Virus record (IMG/VR): IMGVR_UViG_3300020045_000440
Location: 1-30,074 of that record
Length of the DNA stretch: 30,074 nt
Source of the DNA: a virus
Lineage: Duplodnaviria; Caudoviricetes
Strand: one strand, 5' to 3'
In this document: in pieces, positions 24,577 through 30,074 of the stretch
Layout: every line of letters begins with the position of its first letter
Position numbering within the stretch: the stretch's first letter is position 1
Notes under the pieces: generated by a model
The model's database searches: none
Told to the model about the DNA's origin: nothing
What the model saw: the letters and a program-made list of their open reading frames with translations, nothing else
Made by a program: the position numbers and the translations under genes

Positions 24577-25773
24577 CTAAACCCCGATTGCAGCGATGTC
24601 CGTTGCAAATGTACCCTTAACGATTGCTAATGGTGCGTAGTTAGTCAATGCAATTCTCTCTTGTAAACGTACCGTCACGAAACCATCACGTACGTTTGTT
24701 CCATCCTCACGGAAGAATTCAAGAGATAAGTTCTCACGAATCCACATTTGTGTTCCTAAACCGAAATTACCTACCAAGTAAGTTCCTGCCGTTACCGCTG
24801 TGTTGATTACAACCGGTACCCCTAAGAATTGTGGTTGTAAACCTGCGTAAACCTGATCTTTCAAATACTCATTTGTTGTTGACTTCAACAATAAGATTTT
24901 TGCAAAATCTGTTGGGTTTACCATGATGTAATCCGGGCGATAATTAACCAATGCTAATTGGTTGATTGCTACCGTTAAAACATCAAATTGGTTTGCTGCT
25001 GTGATTGAATCTGCAAATGCACCTGCTGCAAATGCTGTTGATCCTGATGTCACGATACCTGAAATGTTCGGTGCCGTTCCGTTACCATAAAGCAATTGTG
25101 CATCTTCTACCGTTAATAATTTTTCAGGTGCACGTGCCGCTAAATATGATGTCAATTGTGCTGTATCAGCCAACATTTCCTCAGAAATACGGAAATATGT
25201 TCCAACTTTCTGAACGTTTGCATCGTATGCCGTTAAATCGAAATCTGATTCAGGCAATGTTGAACCTTGTGCTGTTGCTGCTGCACCATTGTCATATGCT
25301 GATTCGCGTACGTAACGTACAACCTCTGCATTTGTAGAACCTTGTGCTAACAATTGGCGAACGTGTACCGGACGCGTTGGATCGTACTTGATACCCGGAA
25401 CGTATTGTGCCGGAATAACTTCACCTGTGAAATTAGCCGCAACGGTCATATCACCTGCCTTGATTTCAAATTTAGCTGAACGGCTTGATCCGTTGATCAA
25501 ATTCTCTAAACCACCTTTTGTGATACCTTCAACCAATGATTGCTTGAATGATTGTGCGTTTGCACCTGTTGCTGTTTTCTTTGCTGCAACTTCTGTTGCA
25601 TCAATACGGCTGTGAAGTTCTGTAAACTTCGCCTCCATATTCTTGATTTCGGATTTTAATAATTCATCCGCTTTGCCTGTTGCTGATGCAACTGCCTGAC
25701 CTTCTGCTTTTGCGATTCTCGCATCAATTGCCGAATTTAATTCGTTCAATTGGTTTTTGATTTCCTCTGTCAT
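24577..25773 (-). CDS. major capsid protein, HK97 family, with N-terminal coiled-coil delta domain
   Basis: PESDFDL..YDANVQKVGTYFRISEEMLAD...EDAQLLYGNGT...QFLGVPVV...TVRLQERIA. Confidence 0.95.
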   Translation of the reverse strand: MTEEIKNQLNELNSAIDARIAKAEGQAVASATGKADELLKSEIKNMEAKFTELHSRIDATEVAAKKTATGANAQSFKQSLVEGITKGGLENLINGSSRSAKFEIKAGDMTVAANFTGEVIPAQYVPGIKYDPTRPVHVRQLLAQGSTNAEVVRYVRESAYDNGAAATAQGSTLPESDFDLTAYDANVQKVGTYFRISEEMLADTAQLTSYLAARAPEKLLTVEDAQLLYGNGTAPNISGIVTSGSTAFAAGAFADSITAANQFDVLTVAINQLALVNYRPDYIMVNPTDFAKILLLKSTTNEYLKDQVYAGLQPQFLGVPVVINTAVTAGTYLVGNFGLGTQMWIRENLSLEFFREDGTNVRDGFVTVRLQERIALTNYAPLAIVKGTFATDIAAIGV

Positions 25774-25774
25774 C

Positions 25775-26458
25775 TTATTTTGACTTTATTTGATTGTTTA
25801 AATATGAAAATATTTCGGAAATATCAACCTGTTTAACTTCCGGCACGGTGACAATTTCTGCCGGCCGTGTGGTAACATCAATAAACAATGATTTCAATTT
25901 CATCAACTCACCCTCAATTGCGTACCCTAATTCATCGGATACGTTTTCTTTTTTAATCATTTTGGCTAAAATGTCGAAACGTTTTGCCAATAAATCCTGA
26001 TCAATTTCACCCTTTGCATCTGTAATCAATGCCATTGGGTTTGCTGCTAATGTAACGCATGAAATTTCGTACAACTTGCATTCTTTTAATTCACGCACAC
26101 CATCCTGTCTGTAATTCTTAACAATTGGCATAATACCAACTGAATTTTCAGAAATCACACCATTTTTCATCAACAACAAAATGTCCTCGCCCATTCGTGT
26201 TTTCGGGATTTCAGCAACAAAATATAACCCTTTTGCATCTTCACGTAATTCTGTGAATTTGCCTAATGGCTGATCAATTCTGTGTTGGTTGCAATACCTT
26301 ACACGTGAACCATTTTCAGATAATGTTTTTGTATATGCCCCTTGCAAAATGATGTCATTGTCTGAATCAATATTGCCAAAAATTGAACCATATCCGGACA
26401 CGATGCCGTTTGCCTCATCAATGTCATCAATCCCAATGGATGTTTGTTTGTAAATCAT
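25775..26458 (-). CDS. HK97-type prohead protease (from MIYKQ)
   Basis: VSGYGSIFGNIDSDNDII..GAY...NQH...PLG...EDAKGL...SVG...LYEISCVTLAANP.A.I. Confidence 0.93.
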   Translation of the reverse strand: MIYKQTSIGIDDIDEANGIVSGYGSIFGNIDSDNDIILQGAYTKTLSENGSRVRYCNQHRIDQPLGKFTELREDAKGLYFVAEIPKTRMGEDILLLMKNGVISENSVGIMPIVKNYRQDGVRELKECKLYEISCVTLAANPMALITDAKGEIDQDLLAKRFDILAKMIKKENVSDELGYAIEGELMKLKSLFIDVTTRPAEIVTVPEVKQVDISEIFSYLNNQIKSK

Positions 26459-26473
26459 AACCTTTCTTTTGCC

Positions 26474-26481
26474 CAAAATTA
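26474..26481 (-). promoter_or_regulatory. -7 promoter box TAatTTTG upstream of protease/capsid
   Basis: Exact TAnnTTTG match in intergenic DNA. Confidence 0.55.
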
Positions 26482-26511
26482 GTCAAATTGCTAATTAGAA
26501 ATTCAACACAA

Positions 26512-26712
26512 TTATTTTTTATTATTCTTGTAAAAAAATTCCTCGAATACTAAATCATTTGTTTGTCCATCTAATGGTTTTGAATGCTGATTTTCTCCAT
26601 GTAAAATTTCATCAGGTATCCCATCAGGAAAAGCAAAACAACTATCTATTCCCCAAAAATGCTTGCAATTATTACACAAATCGCTGTCGATTATTTCTTT
26701 ATTTTCCGGCAT
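26512..26712 (-). CDS. small Cys/His-rich protein, candidate immunity/inhibitor of the MuF extension
   Basis: CNNCKH...CFAFPDGIPDEILHGENQHSKP; start overlaps the MuF gene end by 14 nt. Confidence 0.75.
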   Translation of the reverse strand: MPENKEIIDSDLCNNCKHFWGIDSCFAFPDGIPDEILHGENQHSKPLDGQTNDLVFEEFFYKNNKK

Positions 26713-28486
26713 ATGCTTTTAGTTTATCAAAAAATTGTTTCAATGCAATAGGCATATTTTGTGGCTCACGATAATACATGACTAATGATTCAGCAAATAC
26801 CTCATCAATGTCTGTTGCTCCGTAAACACTTATTTTATATAAATCTTCTTTTTTCAAGTTTTGATAAATGGCTCTGTATTCATTTCGTAATGCCTCCGTT
26901 TCCTTTGAAAATGTCATTATCCCATTTTCAAGTTTTCCAAATTTTGACTGAACAAATCTTCTATTTATAAAACCTAATAATTGATCTTCAATTGTATGCC
27001 CTAATTCATGAATAAATAAATCAGCCGCAACATGATCTTTGCTAATGTGAACTAAATATCTGTCATAATTTAATGCCTCTTTTGCTGATTTTAAATAATT
27101 AGCAGGCATACTATTGCCCAATGCTTCGTAATTAATTACCCTTTGTTTAATTCTTTCTTTATAATTTTCAACGTTATTAAACCAAATTTTATTTATTTCA
27201 TCAGGTTTTAATTTAGATGCATTATATTTTATCCATTTACCATTTGCTTTTCCTAATGATCGTGAACCATTATCAATGAAATCTAATGGCTCTAATTTCC
27301 AATCATCCATAACCATTTTAATGGTATTGTTTATTTCATTGGCTTTGTCAATCGATACCCCTCTATAATTTACTTTTAATGCAATTCCATTATCAACTGC
27401 CCATTGTTCTGCCTCTTTGATTGTTTTGGCATTTGATTCAATCACGGCCGTTTCTGCCACAACGGTTGCAATGACCTCAGGTGCCAATAATGCAGGTGAT
27501 ATTGCATCCACAATTTCAGCCTGTGCCATTCCAAATCCGATGTTGGTAATTCGTGGCCCAATTGTGTTTGCTCCCACCTTTGGCAATACAATCATTGCAC
27601 AACGGCAATTGATTCTGTTGGATGCTGATGCACTCGGATCACCGGGCCTTTGCAATAATTCGCCACCAACTGAAAATTTGCTATTGAATGGAACGGTTTG
27701 ATTATTTGCTGCCTGATGTGCCGGCCTTACTCTTGCATCATAACCTGATTTCCATGTTTTGGTCATATCAGCACCCGGAAACAGATTCAATGCCGCTTGT
27801 TCGGTTGCATAATTGGCTGCATTCGTTGCCTCAGTCCTTACAATTCTGCGTGCCTGATAATCGGCTAAATAATCAAATCTTTGTCGCAACATTTTGGCCT
27901 GAACCTTTTCACCGGCTGACATAAATATCGGATCTGACATAAATTGTCGCAATGTATTTGTCAATGTTGCTTGTGCTGTCGATGAAACCATAATTGCACT
28001 TTGTGTTCCAATCTGATTCCCCATAAAGGCAAATGCGTTGGCCCAAATGGATTGCATATTACCTGTATCGGCTTTCGGTAAATATTTTTCAACATTGCGT
28101 GAATACCAATTGGCAAATTGCAAACCGATTTTGGAATACATACCCTCGTACATTCCAACATATTTGCTGTCTTGAAAAAATCCCTGTGCTGATGCCGATG
28201 TCATGGCCTTAACCCTTAAAAATAGGTCAATGGCATCATTGTATTCCGCCTTGTAAAACTCCGTAAAATCCCTGATTGATGTGCGTTCCGCTTTGGTCAA
28301 TTCCTTTTCGAACTCATCAGGCCAATTGTCTTGTGCCTTTTCCTCTTTCGGTGGATTAAATAGATTGCTACACACCGCCACGCGTTGATCAATGGTGCCA
28401 AAATCATTGACAATATTAGGATCAACAACACAACGGCCCATAAAATCATTTTGGCTTTCACCTTCAAATGGTTTAGGCAATGGCAT
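26699..28486 (-). CDS. MuF / SPP1 gp7-like minor head protein with C-terminal zincin-like metallopeptidase domain
   Basis: ARRIVRTE...KTWKSGYDARVRPAH...PGDP....SNRINCRC (MuF); C-terminal FIHELGH...SVYGATDIDEVFAE. Confidence 0.9.
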   Translation of the reverse strand: MPLPKPFEGESQNDFMGRCVVDPNIVNDFGTIDQRVAVCSNLFNPPKEEKAQDNWPDEFEKELTKAERTSIRDFTEFYKAEYNDAIDLFLRVKAMTSASAQGFFQDSKYVGMYEGMYSKIGLQFANWYSRNVEKYLPKADTGNMQSIWANAFAFMGNQIGTQSAIMVSSTAQATLTNTLRQFMSDPIFMSAGEKVQAKMLRQRFDYLADYQARRIVRTEATNAANYATEQAALNLFPGADMTKTWKSGYDARVRPAHQAANNQTVPFNSKFSVGGELLQRPGDPSASASNRINCRCAMIVLPKVGANTIGPRITNIGFGMAQAEIVDAISPALLAPEVIATVVAETAVIESNAKTIKEAEQWAVDNGIALKVNYRGVSIDKANEINNTIKMVMDDWKLEPLDFIDNGSRSLGKANGKWIKYNASKLKPDEINKIWFNNVENYKERIKQRVINYEALGNSMPANYLKSAKEALNYDRYLVHISKDHVAADLFIHELGHTIEDQLLGFINRRFVQSKFGKLENGIMTFSKETEALRNEYRAIYQNLKKEDLYKISVYGATDIDEVFAESLVMYYREPQNMPIALKQFFDKLKAYAGK

Positions 28487-28488
28487 AT

Positions 28489-29865
28489 TTAGTCAATTTT
28501 TAGTGACTTTGGATTCTCCAATGATGGCATTGATGGATTTTGTGCCATCAAATTAGCCGGGATAAAATAATCATCCATAAACGCATTTTCTGTGTCCATT
28601 GCGTAATTCATTGCATCACGTTTTTCGTTTGGTGTAACCCACCACGCAGATGCCAATTGATTGACCAATTTGTCAATCTCTTCTTGCATCTCGCTGATGG
28701 CCGTGAAATCAAAGTCAATGAAATATTCATCACCTTTGCCATATTTTGGTGCCAACCAACGATTCAATTCATCACGAATTTTGATCAATTCAGGAATCAC
28801 CGCATTTTGATACAATGCTTTTTTGGCTTCCTTCATATTGTTGTATGTCGATGAATCCGTGTTGTTTAACAACTGAACCGGGATATTGTAGATATTACAT
28901 AAATCCTTAATGGTTCCATTGTATTGCTCAATCAATGACAAATCTGATGCTGATAAACCAAAATTAACCCATGACAAATCCTTTGGTGTGATAATAACAT
29001 CACCTGCATTTGATGCCCCCTGATAATTTTTTCTGAATTTGTCTTTTAGTGCCTGTGCTTGCACCTCAGTCAAATTGCCATCCTTTGAAATCAACATACC
29101 ACGTGATGTTTGATTCTGCAAATATTTTAATCCGGTTGTTACGGCTTCATTGTTGGCCGATAAAACACGTAGGCCGGCACGCAAAGGTGATTGGCCATAT
29201 AGGTTTGAACCGCTGCTGTCGTAATCCGGATTAAAATCTTTAATGTGGCAAATCAATTCGGGTGCCACCTCAATCATTGAATTGTATTGAATTTTGTATC
29301 CTGCCACCGGTTGCATCACACCACCTGAAACGATTTCAACCAATTGTGATGGTAATGCATATAATTCCGTGAATTTACCTTGATTTGGCCCTGTATCCGG
29401 CCCGATGCCGTAGATATATCTGTTTCCGGTTAATTTACCGAATGCAACTATTTCACCCAACCATGCCGAAAACGATTGTTCCGGGTTTGGTCGCTTTAAT
29501 AGTGCCTCTAATTCTGAATCCTTAACTTCTTCAAATGCTCTTTTTCGTAATATATTGGCTTTGTACATTGCATTCCCATCCATCACACCGGATGTCATTG
29601 CCTTGTATTGCTTTTCCGATCCCTCATTTGTAACCCTGTAAACGGTCATCGGGATTGTTGTCGCTGACTTTACAATCAGGTTAATAATAGAATAAATCGT
29701 TGCATTGCGTTGGTATCCATCACGAATGTATGTGACATCGTTGTCCTCATTCATTATGATGTTTGTACCTAGCCACGTATAAACCAATTTGTTGTATGCC
29801 GGATTTGTTCCTGTGGTCAATGCTTTGGCAATGGTCTGCCGGAATGTATCAATCAATGATGCCAT
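28489..29865 (-). CDS. portal protein, HK97 family
   Basis: LLKRPNPEQS...LTGNRYIY...ICHIKDFNP...YGQSPL...LCNIYNIPVQLL...TYNNMKEA...TPNEKR. Confidence 0.95.
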   Translation of the reverse strand: MASLIDTFRQTIAKALTTGTNPAYNKLVYTWLGTNIIMNEDNDVTYIRDGYQRNATIYSIINLIVKSATTIPMTVYRVTNEGSEKQYKAMTSGVMDGNAMYKANILRKRAFEEVKDSELEALLKRPNPEQSFSAWLGEIVAFGKLTGNRYIYGIGPDTGPNQGKFTELYALPSQLVEIVSGGVMQPVAGYKIQYNSMIEVAPELICHIKDFNPDYDSSGSNLYGQSPLRAGLRVLSANNEAVTTGLKYLQNQTSRGMLISKDGNLTEVQAQALKDKFRKNYQGASNAGDVIITPKDLSWVNFGLSASDLSLIEQYNGTIKDLCNIYNIPVQLLNNTDSSTYNNMKEAKKALYQNAVIPELIKIRDELNRWLAPKYGKGDEYFIDFDFTAISEMQEEIDKLVNQLASAWWVTPNEKRDAMNYAMDTENAFMDDYFIPANLMAQNPSMPSLENPKSLKID

Positions 29866-29884
29866 CTGTATTGCTTTTTTTTCT

Positions 29885-29892
29885 CAAAAATA
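29885..29892 (-). promoter_or_regulatory. -7 promoter box TAttTTTG upstream of portal
   Basis: Exact TAnnTTTG match between the terminase stop and portal start. Confidence 0.5.
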
Positions 29893-29897
29893 ACGAA

Positions 29898-29999
29898 TTA
29901 AACCACAAAAAAATCAGAACGATTTTTGTATTTGGTATAAACCCCATATCGGATTGCATCCATTAGGTGATTGTGTTTGTCTATTGGCTTATTTATAAT
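29898..29999 (-). CDS. terL: terminase large subunit, C-terminal 33 aa only (truncated)
   Basis: Hand translation IINKPIDKHNHLMDAIRYGVYTKYKNRSDFFVV* contains the P.D..NH..DA.RY motif of PBSX/SPP1-type TerL and sits directly upstream of the portal. Confidence 0.85.
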   Translation of the reverse strand: MINKPIDKHNHLMDAIRYGVYTKYKNRSDFFVV

Positions 30000-30074
30000 C
30001 GTGTTAGAAACCTAAAAATTTATTACAATGACATTTCAAGATGAGCAAATATTTGTAATTGGTGATATTAAATG
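29992..30074. repeat. 83-bp exact inverted repeat, copy 2 (partner 564-646)
   Basis: Exact reverse complement of 564-646, running to the window end. Confidence 0.95.

Noticed and set aside
594-26476. Longest-ORF starts given in the track (860, 2290, 4127, 4668, 7880, 8290, 16153, 21688, 23442, 24536, 26476)
   Set aside because: They run into upstream genes, promoters, terminators or intergenic leaders; downstream ATGs with A-rich leaders or stop-start overlaps fit better.
9963-28161. Nested alternative-frame minus ORFs 9963-10316, 16120-16302, 21797-21979 and 27961-28161
   Set aside because: They lie inside or largely overlap stronger genes and have no motif; 21797-21979 has no lipobox or TM helix, so it is not an embedded spanin.
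151-29966. All plus-strand ORFs in the track (e.g. 151-486, 5205-5573, 7815-8231, 11321-11788, 13150-13668)
   Set aside because: They lie antisense to well-supported, tightly packed minus-strand genes and show no recognisable motifs; treated as shadow ORFs.
564-30074. 83-bp inverted repeat as genuine inverted terminal repeats or transposon ends
   Set aside because: One copy is internal and coding, the other truncates an essential gene, and no transposase, invertase or protein-primed polymerase is present.
1-30074. Stop-codon reassignment
   Set aside because: Core genes are full length in the standard code, and TAA, TGA and TAG all serve as stops at sensible gene ends.

Overview
This window is most of the genome of a tailed dsDNA phage (siphovirus-like, HK97-fold head). 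It probably infects Bacteroidota, judging from repeated TAnnTTTG promoter boxes, A-rich start regions and the gene families present. Every credible gene is on the minus strand. In transcription order (right to left) the late region runs: a truncated terminase large subunit end, portal, MuF/gp7 minor head protein with a C-terminal HEXXH metallopeptidase domain plus a small Cys/His-rich partner, prohead protease, major capsid and head-tail joining genes. Next come a lysis cassette (holin-like protein, M15 endolysin, u-spanin), a 1528-aa modular tail fibre, two paralogous tail tube genes, frameshifted tail chaperones, tape measure, tail tip and a metallophosphoesterase. The early/middle region holds an ERF recombinase, SSB-like protein, HNH, a replication initiator with an internal iteron array, HTH regulator, VRR-NUC and many small ORFs. 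The last 83 bp are an exact inverted copy of 564-646 and cut the terminase gene, most likely a chimeric assembly end. The best leads are the MuF-metallopeptidase/partner pair, a kissing-loop RNA leader at 4661-4750, the origin-like repeats at 3669-3815 and the duplicated tail tube with a Trp-rich tail. All product calls come from motif recognition by eye; no database searches or k-mer counts were run.
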